From Blasia pusilla (lineage: Eukaryota): a stretch of DNA of 64,000 nucleotides. Each line of letters opens with the position of its first letter. Positions within the stretch are counted from its first letter, which is position 1. The stretch spans positions 31,930,001 through 31,994,000 of the forward strand of contig CM114271.1 in assembly GCA_050084515.1 (NCBI GenBank), in the 5' to 3' direction. The notes under the pieces were generated by a model, which did no database searches, was not told the DNA's origin, and saw only the letters and a program-made list of their open reading frames with translations. Shown piece after piece: positions 38,591 to 51,746 of the stretch. The translations under genes were made by a program, and so were the position numbers.

Positions 38591-40466
38591 GAAGAGAGGA
38601 AGAGAGGAGAGAGGAGAGAGGAAACTACCTTCAACCGAAATAGATACTTTTTTTTGAAGAGAGTTTCCGTTGGGTTGAAGAGAGGAAATTTTTTTGTTTG
38701 AATTTTTTTGCACTTTTTTGTTCATATATTAAGCAGCCCCACAGTTTTTTTTTCCTCTTCCATATTTTGGCAACCCCTCTGAGTCCGACGAGTTGCAAAT
38801 TGCACAAAATTTAGAAAACTGAAAAATCAGTGGAATCATAAGTGTGGAACCAATCACTTTTTCCATCCAAGGTTTGGAAAAAATCTGTCATTTGCCCGGG
38901 GCTGAATAGAGTTCAAGCTCAAAGGGAAGGTTGAGAAAAAAAAAAAGAGTACAATCTAAAACCTCATTTTGCATCCTCAAAGTGGTTTGTTTAAAATACT
39001 TCGAACTTCTTTGAGGGACAGAATTGGTTGGTGGATTCCTACTCCTACCTCCGACTCTCTTAAAACTACCAGCAAAACATAGTACATGTGCTTACAAGGG
39101 AAATACCTTTTGCCACTTGTCTCTCTTTGGACAAAGTCATCACATGAACATGTAGGAAAGCAACAGATGTGCACCACATACATCCCTGTGACACTTGAAT
39201 TTACAGTGTTGTTCCTGACCCAATACATCCTTCCTATTCCATTGCCACTCAAGACATCTTTCGTGGCGATGATCTCCATTTTTGCCTCCCGAGCTGCTGC
39301 AATTCGCTTTGCTCTCTCCACCGTTGGCCTGCACATTCTGTTTCTCTTCACCCCATTTCTAGACTCAAATAGAAATAATGGATTGAGATCATCCACCTTC
39401 TCCGGGTACATGTTGACATCAATCTTGGGTTGAATACGAAATGCGAAGGTCTCTGTAATGCAAACATGCTCCGAACTTCCCTCGTCTACGAGTCTGAAAC
39501 CGGCACTTGTAAGATTGTCCACTTCGTCTTGAGTGCAGTTCGTACCTGCGGCGATGGGCCAAATCGTGGGGGTATTCCTGGGAGCTCCAATGGCAGCCGG
39601 ATAAGACTTCCGGAAAGCGCAAGATTCATTTGGGGGAAGAAGTACTTCAATTGATCCCGGTCCTCGTGAAACGATCAAAGGTTTTGAGTCCCCAAAACCC
39701 AGGCGGTCGCCCGTCGTCCTTGTATAGTTCTTATTTAGGAAAGTGCCGCATGCTCTCCTAATGCCATCAGATCCCGCCCTGCAGGTGGGTCCACGTCCTC
39801 GGTTGCTCCGAGATATATGCCACCGTTTTAGGTTGCAATCCACCTCCATTACCGAATCCCATATTGTTGAACCACCCCGGTGGGGATGTTGCGAACTTCC
39901 AGCAACGGAGGGCTTTTGAAATAAAACATTCACTGATTTTGGAGAAGTAACTCCATCACGGATTTGGGACGGGTCCGGGGTCCCTGAATACCTGGGCGGT
40001 GTAATTTCCTCATCCAAATCAATCACCGGATTCGCTCGATCTTTGCCTCTTCACTGCTCAAGTCAAGATACTTATATGGTCTCCACGAGTCTCGCTCGGA
40101 CTGCTCTACCACCATCTGTATGGGACGTCTTGAAACCCGCCCACGAATATCCCCACCAATGTGTACGTCTTGCTGGAGTGGACTTCCACCACGCACCGTT
40201 GAAGGCTTCCACATACATTTTTCATCACCAGATCTCACAGCCGCCTTGACATAGAGCTCGTAGATCGACGGCCCCTTTCCTTTTGTTATGCCTTTTGTGA
40301 GGAAGATATGGGATGCTGCAGAGTGTAGCATTGCTCTTGCCTGGTCTTGTTGGCATGCCTCCACAAGTGAAATTCATTGGCATGCTTGTGACGACCTCCA
40401 GGAGGAATGAACACTTTCTCCTCCACTTGTGTTGGGGCAGAGGGCATTTTCATGAACGTTCAATCC

Positions 40467-41077
40467 CAGCAACGACGGCAATGTTAGAACGGAATGAAAA
40501 TAACTCAGGAGTCAAAGAAATAAGTGACCTGTCGGAACCAGACGGGTTGCAGGCCCGAGGCATCCCATGAACGACTCTGCGACCCGTCGGGTCCCGACGT
40601 GTTGTAACCTTAAACCCACCTACTGCAACCCCTCGGAACCCGACGGGTTGCAAGGCCGAGGCATCCCATGAACGACTCTGTGACCCGTCGGGTCCCGACG
40701 GGTTGCACACTCGGGTTGCAAGGCCGAGGCATCCCATGAACGACTCTGTGACCCGTCGGGTCCCGACGGGTTGCACACTCGGGTTGCACCAAAAATCTGG
40801 ATGCAACTCGTCGGTTTCCGTCGGGTTGCACCCTCGGGCAACCCGTCGATTTCCGTCGTGTTGCACACTCGGGCAACCTGTCGGTTTCCGTCGGGTTGCA
40901 CACTCGGGCAACCCATCGGTTTCCGTCGGGTTGCACACTCGGGCAACCCGTCGCATCCGACAGCTTGCTTGGTTTCTTGAGTTTGAAATCCATATAGTTC
41001 CCACGCTTCTCACCCTGAGCTACAACTTTACAAAAAATTCTCAGCGTGAGCTTGACAAGACAAAATAGTGAACTCAC
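40467..41077 (-). repeat. Transposase intron filled with ~10 palindrome copies in ~35-bp and ~68-bp tandem units
   Basis: GTGAGT donor at 41077 (phase 0 after MRQ). Repeats such as GCAACCCGTCGGTTTCCGTCGGGTTGCACACTCGG run 40530-40960. Confidence 0.8.
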
Positions 41078-41465
41078 CTGCCGCATGAAGTTTCCCCATT
41101 GTCTCATACATACAGTCCACCAACTCAACCAAGAGCACAACTCTTTGTACTTCCCCTCAATCGCATGCTTCCTCCACCACCCATGAAGTTCTTCTTGGCA
41201 TTCCATGGCCTGCTTCAAGGTTTTGCTGTCCTTGCAGCGTTGGAGTAGAGTGACATGCTCTGTCCTCTTATTCTCCTTGATGCAAGATTTGGTGTACCAG
41301 GTCACAGACTGTTGCCAATGGAAAGAATCCGACCTTTCCCTCTCCGGTTGAACCTCTCCACCCCAGAACACTTCCCAGATAGCAATCCACCCTGGTTGTG
41401 CATTGTCGGCCATGAACCCATAAATTTCCGGAGGTGGCCTTTTGTTTTCCTTCACCACGTCCAAT

Positions 41466-44400
41466 GGTAAATGGTAAATGGTAAATAGATCAAGCCCGTG
41501 GGACCCAAAGGGTCAAAAGGCTGAAAAACACATTACAAGTCATTCATTGACTGACCCTGAAAAAGATCCTTAAGACCTTCTCCTAGCTACAGCCTAGAGC
41601 ACTTGAGCGATGAATTATGAAATTCCCAATAATACCACCTAAATCATAAGGCACAAGCTGTAGTAAAGAATAGAAATTCTCCACATCTATTTTATGAGCT
41701 AGTCTTATTTCTCCATACCTTGGACATGTAACAAACACATGCTCTTCATCCTCAATATTTTCTCCGTCACATAACCTACAAATTCGTTCACTTCTATCAA
41801 TTTTAAACCATCGTCCTTCCTCAATTCCTAGCCTATGAGACCCAGTTCTATGACGTGCGATAATATGTCGTAAGAACGTGGAGATCCCCGCAAGTAGATA
41901 TCCTTGTTCACAATATACAAGCATAGGATTAACATGAAGTTGATAAAACTCCATTTTGGTGCCCGCACTGCTCCAAATGATGTTGAGAGATTGCTTCTGT
42001 AGATGCTCACGGAGGGCCATCGGTTTCAAGTCCCAATCGCGTTCTGCGACATTCCACTTTGAAGACCAAGTCACCACATCCGCCATCCACCCTATGGAAC
42101 GTGTGGCTTGCAAAGCTTGATGAGGGAGGCGAGAAACATCAAGAGATCTCACCCTTGCGATGTAAGTGATGGTCAAGTAAAGAGCTTCAGCTTCTAGAGG
42201 AAGAAAACCTGTTTCCGCAAGAAGAATAGCATACGGAGTTTGGTTTCTTACACCCAATTCTTCTTGTAGAAAGATCTTTTGCACTCTTTCCACGCGCTCC
42301 CAACCTGTCTTCTTACAACTAGGGCCCCAAACTTGGGTCCCATATGAGACCACCGGCAACACTAAGCTCCTAAATAAGAATTTCCTTAGACTCCAAGACA
42401 CAAGATGAGCTCTTCTACACCGGTTTAAAAATGAATATAGAGTTTTGTAACCAGCTTCTACTCTCTTTTGGACGCAAAGTGCCCAACTATAGTCATGAGA
42501 GAAATCGATGCCTAGATATTTGTAACTCTTCACTTGTTCTAATTGTAGACCTTTGTAAAAGAACGAGAACTTGGATCTAGTACCCACTATAATGACTTTA
42601 GACTTGTCCATATTAACCTCCATCTGATTCTGGGTACAAAACCTTGCCAAAGTGTCGAGGTGCTTTTGTAAACTAATGCCATCACGTGCTAGTAATATGA
42701 TATCATCTGCATACAATAGAGCTTTGATGACAAAGTCCCCAAGCTTGACCCCTTCACTATCACATTCCTCCAGCCACTTTTCGATATCATCTATGAAAAC
42801 TCCAAAAAGTGTAGGGGAGAGAGGGCAACCTTAAATGACTCCAATGGTGCTCAAGATCTCTTGAGTTTGTGAACCTTTGATCTTGGCCCGAACGGAATGG
42901 TATAACGTGGCCACGGCTGCTAGGAGATTTTGTGGAACTCCAATGGCTTGCAGCCTTTCCCATAAGAGCTTGCGAGGTACAGTATCAAAAGCTTTCTTGA
43001 AATCGATGAAGCCGCAAAACAAAGCTTTTCCATTGCCCTTAGATTTCTCCCATAAAACACGCAAGGCCAAGATATGATCGATGGTGTTGTATGTTGACGA
43101 AAACCAGCTTGGACCAAGTGCTCTCTTTTGGAAAGACTGTCCATGTGCTCAACCGACTCCACCAATTTCCCAAACAACTTGGCAAAAACACTACCCACCA
43201 TGATAGTGCGATAGTTTGTTACCAAGTCCTTCCTTCCTGATTTGTGAATAGGACAATCTCCGTGAGCGACGACCAGGTTGAAGGAAAACCATAGATAGCA
43301 AAGATCACCCAATAATTTGGTGAGGATCGGTCCAATACAATCTCCTCCCCACTTGAAAAGTTCAATAGAAAGACCATCCAAATCCTCACATTTACCATTG
43401 GCCAATCTTCTTAGTTGAGTCATCACCTCTCCTTGAGAGAATAAGCAGGTATTCCTTCACAACGTGGCATAGACGTAGCATCGGGAAGAAATAGAGCTTT
43501 TGCAGCAAAAGATATCAAAGACTTGGGATCAAGAATAGGTTTTGAAGACCGTACTACTAACCGTCTCCAAAATGATTTGGGGTCCTCATGCACTCCCTTG
43601 TCAAGGACTCTTGTTTCGCCACAAGAAAGCTCGTTTCTTAGATTTCACCAAGTATTTGTAAAGGCTCGTCATAATAAGCCGACTTGGGATATCCAAAGAT
43701 TTATCATTTGCTCGTGCCCTTGCTTGCTTGCATTTGAGTCAAACCACCCATTACAAGGCAGACCTCCTAGCACTTCTATCCCGGTGGCGCAAAAAAGAAC
43801 TTAGATGCATTGTTTTTGAGCAATTCCGTTAGTTGCATACTTGCCGTGTTTGGATCAGGGCTCCATACAATGCGAGTCAAGTGTTCTTGTAAATGTAGCA
43901 TATAAAGATCTTTTTACCAGGATCTAAGCTTAAACTTGGGAGAAGCTAAAATAGATTGACATGTCGAGAGAGGAATTTCCTTTTGATGGTGAGGAGAGAG
44001 TAAACAAGAGAGGTGCATGATCCGATTCAGTGAGGTTCTAGAATATCAAATGTAGAGATAAGAGAGCTATCGTGGCGAGGACAGAAGATAATCGATGGTG
44101 CTAGCGCCTGAGAGAGGAGAAACACGTATTGGAGTGAGAGTTGGGAAAATGAGAGGTTCCATTAAGAACTTTCAAATTACAAGTGGCTCCAAAGGTTAAA
44201 AAATACTCTGTCAAAGGATTTGTAGAAAGATCTAAAGAGATTCTAGACCATAAACCATCCTCATATTCTTCGAGAAGAGGAGAAATCAAGGAATCACTGA
44301 ATTGGGTAAATTAAGCAGTACGTGTGCGAGCATTGAAATCTCCAACTAGAAAGACTTCACCTTTGCTTTGATATTTGAGAACATCCCCAATAAGTCGATG

Positions 44401-46145
44401 GAACGGTTGACTTTGATTGTGAGTGCGTGTTGAGTAGATAGGCATGGAGAGTGGTGCAAAATAACAAACTGCCAAATAACAATAAGATCCCCCAACCAAA
44501 CCAAGACGTAGCCAATGATATTGACCCCGATATCTTGATCTTCTAGATGAATGAGAGGTAGAAATTGAGACCTGATGAAAGTAGCAATACCACCATAACC
44601 CCTTCCTGCCCGTTGCCTTATCTGATTCCATGTCGATCCTACCAAAGTAAACCCTTGCATGTCTGCAATAGTATTGCTCTCATGTTCCCAAGTCTCCACA
44701 ATATTAATAATATCCGCCATCTCCCAAATTGGTAGAGCACTCACATACTTTGTTGTTGAAAGGCCTCGTATATTCCACATCAACACTCTCAGCTTCTTGG
44801 ATTGCTAGGTTGATAACTCTCTTTTTCTCTGGGTAATAATTGCTCGACCATCACGTAGATAAGCAATAAAACCTGCTTCTTGAGCCTCTTTGACCTTTGC
44901 AAGCTCCTTTCTCCTAGCTTCGACTTGTAGAGGTGTGAGATCAGGATCCAACCATATCCTCCGTCCTTTGAGAATGGCCTTGTTAGCCATGGCAGTATCA
45001 CGTTGAGTTTGATCAACAAACTTGACTAGAATGGCACGAGGTTGTGTGCCCGTTTTCCCAACTAAAAGCTTGAGCCAAGTCCGGGTTATGAACATGAAGT
45101 GTATCAACCAAGAACTTGGTGACAACACTCTTCACCTCTTCGCTCTCTTTTTGTAAACCCGAGATTCTCACATTCTTTCTACGGGCAAATTGGTTTTCTT
45201 TTTCTATCTCTTGCTCTTGTGAGAAAGAGATATGAGCAACTTTGTAGCCTCAAGATAAGATTTCATTTTCACTTCTAAAGTTTCAACAACCTCATGCAAT
45301 CCTGAACTATTGGGAGTAGTCACCAAGGATGATGCCTTCTCTTGAACATCCGCAAGATTTGGAAAGATCCAAAGATCACACTAGAACTATCTTTCAACAC
45401 TTTCTTGAACCTCTTGCGTTGCCTTCAACTCTCGGATTTGAATATGTGCATGGTTTAATTGAGAAGTTTGTACCTTGAATTCTTGTCGAAGCTCTTTAAC
45501 TTCATGCAAGACGACTTGCACTAGATTCAAGATTTCGTCTTGAGTGGTCATCCTGTAGTCGACTTCACTGCATCCCAGAAAGTATAATTGAATCTCCAAC
45601 ACCACACAACTTCTGCTCTAGAAGTTGGTTGTACTTGAAATTTCTAGGATCAAGACGTTTCTAGACATTCTACGTGGAGTCCAAATCTCAGCTTCATATG
45701 ACACTCCACCTCAAAGTTATGGCCTCGGCAAGATTCAGATCTGAAATGCTCAAATCTAGAAGTGCAGAAACTCAAATCTCTCACAACTTCGTGTGTATAA
45801 CTCGGTTGTGCTTAGAAATTTGAGGGCTAGGGCGCCTCTTTATACTCCACGTCACCTCCAAATCTCAGCTTCATATGACACTCCACCTCAAAGTAATAGC
45901 CTCGGAAATATTCCGATCTGAAATGCTAAAATCTAGAAGTGCGGAAACTCAAATCTCTCACAACTTCGTGTTTATAACTCGGTTGTGCTTGCAAATCTGA
46001 GGGCTAGGGCGCCTTTTTATATTCCCCGTCCGCTCCAAATCTCAGATTCATATGACACTCCACCTCAAAGTTATGGCCTCAGAAAGATTCAGATCTGAAA
46101 TGCTCAAATCTAGAAGTGCAGAAACTCAAATCTCTCACAACTTCG
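41466..46145 (-). mobile_element. LINE family A, copy A2, inserted in the transposase gene
   Basis: Collinear with A1. (TTTACCA)n tail at 41466. About 2.7 monomers at 45670-46145. Removal with a 2-bp AT duplication restores the frame MCRLLL-LDVVKEN. Confidence 0.92.
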
Positions 46146-47984
46146 ATAAGAGTAACCGGCACATCTTCAAACTGCCAACGTCTTCTGCCTTTACTTCACA
46201 GAGACATATAGTTTTGAGTCCCTTCTCCACATGGTCATAAACGTGAGCACCCATCCTCAACCATCCGTTCACCACTCTGCAGCAAATATCAAAGCTTACC
46301 CAGCTCCCGTAAAGATCTTCCCCTTCCCTCATTCGATCTATAAGATCAAGGCCACTCGACGGACCTGTGGTTGACATTTTGAAGACATAGGCCCTAGATC
46401 CCTTGCCTCCTTGGCCCATGAACTGCCATCTCTGAATGAATGGAAATCTGGAGTTGGCCTTGATTCTGGCAATGGCATCCATTTATTTGTCTTTCCATCC
46501 GAACTCGTATTTGACGCAAACAAATTCGAAGCATTCAGGATCAGCGAGAAATGCGAGATTTTCCCAGAGTTGTTTCTCCTCAACCGCCGTGATCTCGCCT
46601 TGTCTAGGGATTCCAAGCAATTGTTCACAAATTTGTGATGCCGTTGTGAGCTTGATCACTCCGGGCTTTGAACCCGGAGAGTTTCTGTAGACCTCGGCTA
46701 CTTTCTTCGCCACATCCTCCTTGATGTGTCTTTGAATTGCATCGGTCACAGGATGAGTGTGGGAGCCAACATGAACTGCCAGCCTTGTATACTCTGACGT
46801 GGAGCCGAAGTCGTGGACAATGAAAAATATGTATGCATGACACGCTCCAACACAGAAGGGCGATGCCTGACAATGAGGACATTGATGGCCTCCCGGCGGT
46901 ATGGTGGCACCGACCTCGTATGGAGTTTCTGCATTCTTGGGAGGGAATTGGGACGTATTGACTCGCCCGTTGCGCTCTAGATACGGGCATGCTGGACTTC
47001 TACACTCCAAGGCTCCCACGCATTGGCGGCGGGAGACAATCCAAGGACCATCTGGAATGGAAGCACTAGTCCGTTGAAGCCTGCACCATCGATGACAATC
47101 AAACTTTCTGTCCATACCCTTCAGGCGTCCTCCATCCTTCTTTTGAGCAGGAGCAGCAAGTGGAGGCAACTCAAAAATGCAATTACCATCGTACGTGGGC
47201 GGCAGCTCGTCGACAAGAATGTGCTTGAACATTTTCAAGGCCAGAGACGAAAGCAAACTATTGCCTGATACTCGCAAGAGGAACGAGTAGGCGGACAGAG
47301 GGCCCAATTGGTGTCCGACAAATCCACTGAGGTTGATAACATCCGGAATCTCTTCAGGAAGAACAACATTATTACGAGCGTGCGAAGTTGGAGTCGAAGC
47401 CGGATCTGCAAAGCTTGGAGTTGTAAACGTAGAGCTCGGAGCACTAGGAAATTCTAGACCGTCTACTTGGGAAACAAAAGAATTCAGGGGCAGGCCGTAA
47501 ACTATGTATTGACCATTTGCTAGAGGTAGGAGATTCCATACTTTACGGTCTGAGGTCACTGGCTGGACTGTCTCACCTATTATGTCTTCCGTACCGTCCA
47601 CCCTAACATCTTTGGATACAAAGATGGTTCCAATTTGGAGAAGAAATCGAACAGACAGAAAATTTTCATCCACTGCTATGAAAGACTCACGAGCTTGGGG
47701 TCGAATGATTTCTGATTGAGGAAGGGCCGCCAGATGACTGCCACAAGTGAGTTTAACATAATTATCCATTCCAAGAAGATTCCAACGGGAGGACACTGAG
47801 AATGAGAATGAGAATTTTTAATTTATAGTGAATAGGAAAATAGATACTTCTGACAAATTTTTACTAACAAGATGAATTCGGTGGGTGACATTGTTTGACA
47901 CAATGGATCCAATTCTGTAACACATTCAATTCTGTTGCAATATGTTACCGGATTTGGGAAGCAGAGGGTTGTGAATCACACTTG

Positions 47985-48665
47985 GAACCCGTCGGAGTCC
48001 TGGTAACTCCAAAATTACCCGAAGCTAACCGAAGCCTGCAACCCGTCGGCTTCGGACGGGTTGCACTCTTCTGCCAAACATTGTCGAAGTGAGCAACCCG
48101 TCGCTCTCCGACGAGTTGCTCGGATACCGCTGCTTCTTGCCCGAAGATGCCGGAGGCGTGCAAACCGCCGTCTGTTCGAGCGAGTTCGCGGGTGCCTCAC
48201 CTATTTGCCCAAAGACGGCGCGGCGTGCAACGTCGCCCTCTCCAACGGGTTGCGCAAGGGCCTCGCCTTGTGGTGTTTACATGAAGTGTGCAGCCAGCCG
48301 GACTCCGACGACTTGCACGGGAAGCCCGCGTTCTTAACCCTTGACGAGGGAAGCGTGCAACCCAACGGTCTCCGACGGATTTCTTGGGTACGTCCCGTTC
48401 CCGTCCCAAACACTGCGGAGGCGCGCAACATGTCGGTCTCCGACGGGTTGCGCGAGTACCTCGCGTTCTTTTCCGAAGACGATGGAGGCGCTCAACCCGT
48501 CGGTCTCCGACGGGTTGCTCGCGCACGTGGCGACGTACCCAGGATGGCGGAGGCGCGCAACCTGTCGGACTCTGACGGGTTGCCATTTTTCACCTCCGGA
48601 ATTCCGTAACCTCCGGCACGTCGCCGTCGAAAGGACGACGAGACCCAACGGTCAGCCCAACGGCT
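47985..48665. repeat. GC-rich array of ~11 palindrome copies (~55-68-bp period) between the two divergent genes
   Basis: Examples: GCAACCCGTCGGCTTCGGACGGGTTGC (~48038), GCAACCCGTCGCTCTCCGACGAGTTGC (~48093), CAACCCGTCGGTCTCCGACGGGTTG (~48493). Confidence 0.85.
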
Positions 48666-48672
48666 AGAAAAG

Positions 48673-48680
48673 TATAAATA
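48673..48680 (+). promoter_or_regulatory. Putative TATA box of the ParB/MTase-like gene
   Basis: TATAAATA lies immediately after the palindrome array and ~300 bp before the coding region. Confidence 0.5.
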
Positions 48681-50265
48681 GGGCAGAAATCGCTCATTTC
48701 CGGTTTCTCATTTCGCGATCTTCATTCCTCACTCTCCCGCGCAGCAGCTGATCATATACGAAGGGGCGTTTCACACAGCGACACATCGCGAGTCGATAGG
48801 AGGGAACGAGAGCGAGACGGTTCGACCGAACGACAACGAGACGGTGCGACTGAACGATCACAAGACGATTCGAGCTACCCATCAAGGCGATTCGAGCTCC
48901 CCATCTCGACATCAGCAAGGCGACTGATCAAGGGATTCGTTGTGGACATAGGTGGAGGCATTTCCGGAAAAAATGATGAGGAAAAAATAACAAGCCAACA
49001 AGTGTGGGAGCTTCATTCCGAAGTCCATTAGGACTCCTACGTCAGCATCTCCTGGGCCTCGTTCGGCGAATGAAATTAGGCAGCACGAAATCGAGGAGCG
49101 GGAAAGGGAAGCGGAGATGCACCACCAAGTGCTTCTTGCGAGACGTGTTCAAGAGGCGCTCGATAAACAGAACGCAGAGGCTGAGACGTCGCAGGCCTTG
49201 AAGAAAAGGATTGCCGACGAAAAGAGAGAAAAGAAGCGTCTGGACGCGTCGGTGAGGAGGGCAGAATTGGCTAAAGCGAGGAGGGAAAAAGCGATAGCCA
49301 TTGAGGATAGCCCTGCCCGTCCAACCGAAAGTGTTGAGATGTGGGAAATGTCCCCCATGAAGTCCAGGGACACAATCAACATAGTGGAAACGCCATAAGT
49401 TGAAATCGATGACGACGAGGTCATGAGGACCGCTAACGTGGACATGGTGGACATGGCCAAAGAAGCCGGAGAGCGGTCATTCCCGACTCCAAGCCGGGCG
49501 GAGGACATCGACGAGTTCCCAGTCGATTTGCCAACTTCTGTCTCAGACAAGTTAGCTGGTCAAGAAACCGACCCCATTTTCGAGCGGGTAAGAGAGGATA
49601 TGGATTTTTTGAATTATGTGAATTGCAATTCATTGGGAATTCAGTGTAGCTTATTCATCTTGTCCCGGTTCTGACTGGTGGTAAAGCAGATGGCACTCAT
49701 GGAGGGCCACAACGCCCCGAGGATTCCACTCTGCCGATTGCGGACAATGGAATACGTCCACGAAATTCAGTCCAACGAGGACATCGTGAAGCTTAAACAA
49801 TCGGCGGCGACAGCATCCTACATCGATAGCTTTCCTCCCTTCTATGTTCAGCCTTACGACGAGCATCGAACCCAAGCTCTGGTTACGGAGAAGGACTTGG
49901 AAAAGCTCGACACATTCTGGAGGATGCGAGACCAGGATTTCAGAAGGCAAGTTGAGGGCACGGAATTCAGCTAGATGAGGAATCTGCATTTCTTCATCTG
50001 GGATGGAAATCACAGGTTCATGACGTGGACCAAGTTTGCGGAGGAGCGGCCCAACTCATTGGAGGCACATTTCTGCGTGAAGGCAGTGGTCCTTCACCCA
50101 TTCCCTCATCACATGGCGACGGTGGAGATGGCAATGTATGCCATGAACACGTGAGTATCTTTAACACTTACGCAACTCGTCGGGACGGTTGTTGGGATGC
50201 TTTAACACTTACGCAACTCGTCGGACTCCAACAGTTGCTCGATTGATGAATGGGTAAGGTTTTTT

Positions 50266-50279
50266 TTTAGGGTTTAGGG
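50266..50279 (+). repeat. Two plant telomeric repeats (TTTAGGG)2 at an insertion junction
   Basis: TTTAGGGTTTAGGG read directly. Confidence 0.6.
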
Positions 50280-50515
50280 CGAGAAACATCTCTTGATGTT
50301 TCTCGCCTCCCTCATCAAGCTTTGCGAGCCACACGTTCCATAGGGTGGATGGCGGATGTGGTGACTTGGTCTTCAAAGTGGAATGTGGCGGAATGCGATT
50401 GGGACTTGAAACCGATGGCCCTCCGTGAGCATCTATAGAAGCAATCTCTCAACATCATTTGGAGCAGTCCGGGCACCAAAATGGAGTTTTATCAACTTCA
50501 TGTTAATCCTATGCT
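50278..50515 (+). mobile_element. Internal LINE A fragment starting with a snap-back hairpin
   Basis: Matches 57297-57525. It begins GGCGAGAAACATC-TCTT-GATGTTTCTCGCC. Confidence 0.85.
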
Positions 50516-50539
50516 TGACACGAAGTTGTGAGAGATTTA

Positions 50540-51746
50540 AACGGATTTCAAACGGATTGCAACACCGCAGACACAAGGTGTTGGGATCCGACGGGTTGCA
50601 TGCACATATGCAACCCGTTGGAGCTTGACGGGTTGAATTTTTGTTAAACTAAATTCTTTGAATAAGAGAACTTACCTGGACTTAACTCGTCGCCGATCGG
50701 AGTGGATACCTGATCGGAGTGGATATCCATGATTGTGTTGTCCTCCACTTCAGCGACCTCTTCATGCAGTGAAGCTTGAAGAGCTCATCTTTGCTCCCTC
50801 CAATGAGGACCAAGAAACAACCCCTGTCACTTAGATACGCGTCCGCAAAAGAAAACAACAACGCGATCTTGTCGTACGAAAGCGGGACATTCCAGTCTGG
50901 GACAGTGTCAGACGGATTGTTGTCCCACAAGAAAAACCTAGAAGGCAAATCCGCAATGAGGAGGTCCACCGCCACCTCCTCAACCACCCCATGCACCGTC
51001 TAGGGGGCGTGCCCGTTTCGAAGGAGTTTTCGTCCCAACACGGTCAATTTGTCGATGGCAAGTGTCGACTCCTGAGAACTGAAACTCAGCAGCTCATCGA
51101 CAAGATGAGTCAAGTGAACAAGGACATTTGTCCTGGTGGTTATTTTCCTATATCTGCCCAATGATGATGGAGTGTATTCCACATCCTTATCTCCTCCCTC
51201 GAACGAACCACGCGCCTCCCGCTTCCGCTTCTCCCAAGTCTGCTGTCGTGTTGGACGAGGACCTGGTCCTGCCCTCTTGCCATGCTTGCAAAACGATTCT
51301 GCCTCTCGCCTTGAGAACTCAGCCTCTTTTCTGGAAGACTCCGCCTCGTAATTCCTCGATCCCCTCGCCTTCCTCAAACCCGCTGTGGATTTGTCTTTGG
51401 CGGTGACGACCTTGCCCACCAACTCCTCTGTCTCAAGGGCTTGCTCCTCTGCATCTCCTTTGAAAAAATCTTCAGGTTGCACAAAGTTCGGAATGTTGTC
51501 CCTACCTACGACCACTGCATCATACACCACACGTAGATTTTTTTTTGTAATGTCCTCTGGGTCGTTGAAGTCCAACCAGATTGGACAATTGTTAACCTCC
51601 TAGTCGGACATGCCTTGTCCCATCTCCATGTCGTACATAGAGAATGCCTCTCCATCAAGCGGAGAAGCCCACAATCTACAGGCTATGGGTAATTTTTGCC
51701 AAGTTCTTGCATTCTTACAATTGATGAGGTACATGTACCCCATGTT
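50540..51746 (-). pseudogene. Inverted fragment of a diverged paralog of the ParB/MTase-like gene (3' part of exon 2 plus intron start)
   Basis: ORFs 51000-51575 and 50682-50996 align with residues encoded at about 60110-61207 (DFNDPEDIT, VDLLIADLPS, FADAYLSDRG). It has the same GTAAG donor position, and the palindromes continue in its intron. Confidence 0.88.

Larger units (their letters stand above)
38977..47795 (-). pseudogene. Mutator-like DDE transposase with N-terminal GCM-type Zn finger and C-terminal SWIM domain; split by LINE A2; one intron (~40467-41077)
   Basis: 46483-47796: CVGALECRSPAC..CPHC..C..HVGSHTHP (WRKY/GCM-like). 46146-46482: WVSFD (D1). 41078-41464: GFMAD (D2) and DSFHW (C/DxxH). 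About 40420: PNTSGGESVHSSW (E). 38977-40026: CSC..PCKH (SWIM). There are in-frame stops, a frameshift near 40025 and an apparently mutated acceptor. Confidence 0.8.

Noticed and set aside
38590-38700. Terminal inverted repeat or hairpin of the large element (CTTCAACC/GGTTGAAG)
   Set aside because: There is no partner terminus in the window, so it cannot be assigned.
40450-41068. ORFs across the palindromic repeats (also 48061-48667 and 58433-59014)
   Set aside because: They are open in several frames on both strands because of GC-rich repeats, and they lie in introns or the promoter region.
47985-48665. CCGAC (DRE/CRT) stress-response elements within the palindromes
   Set aside because: Only a 5-bp core match, which does not explain the 27-bp dyad symmetry.
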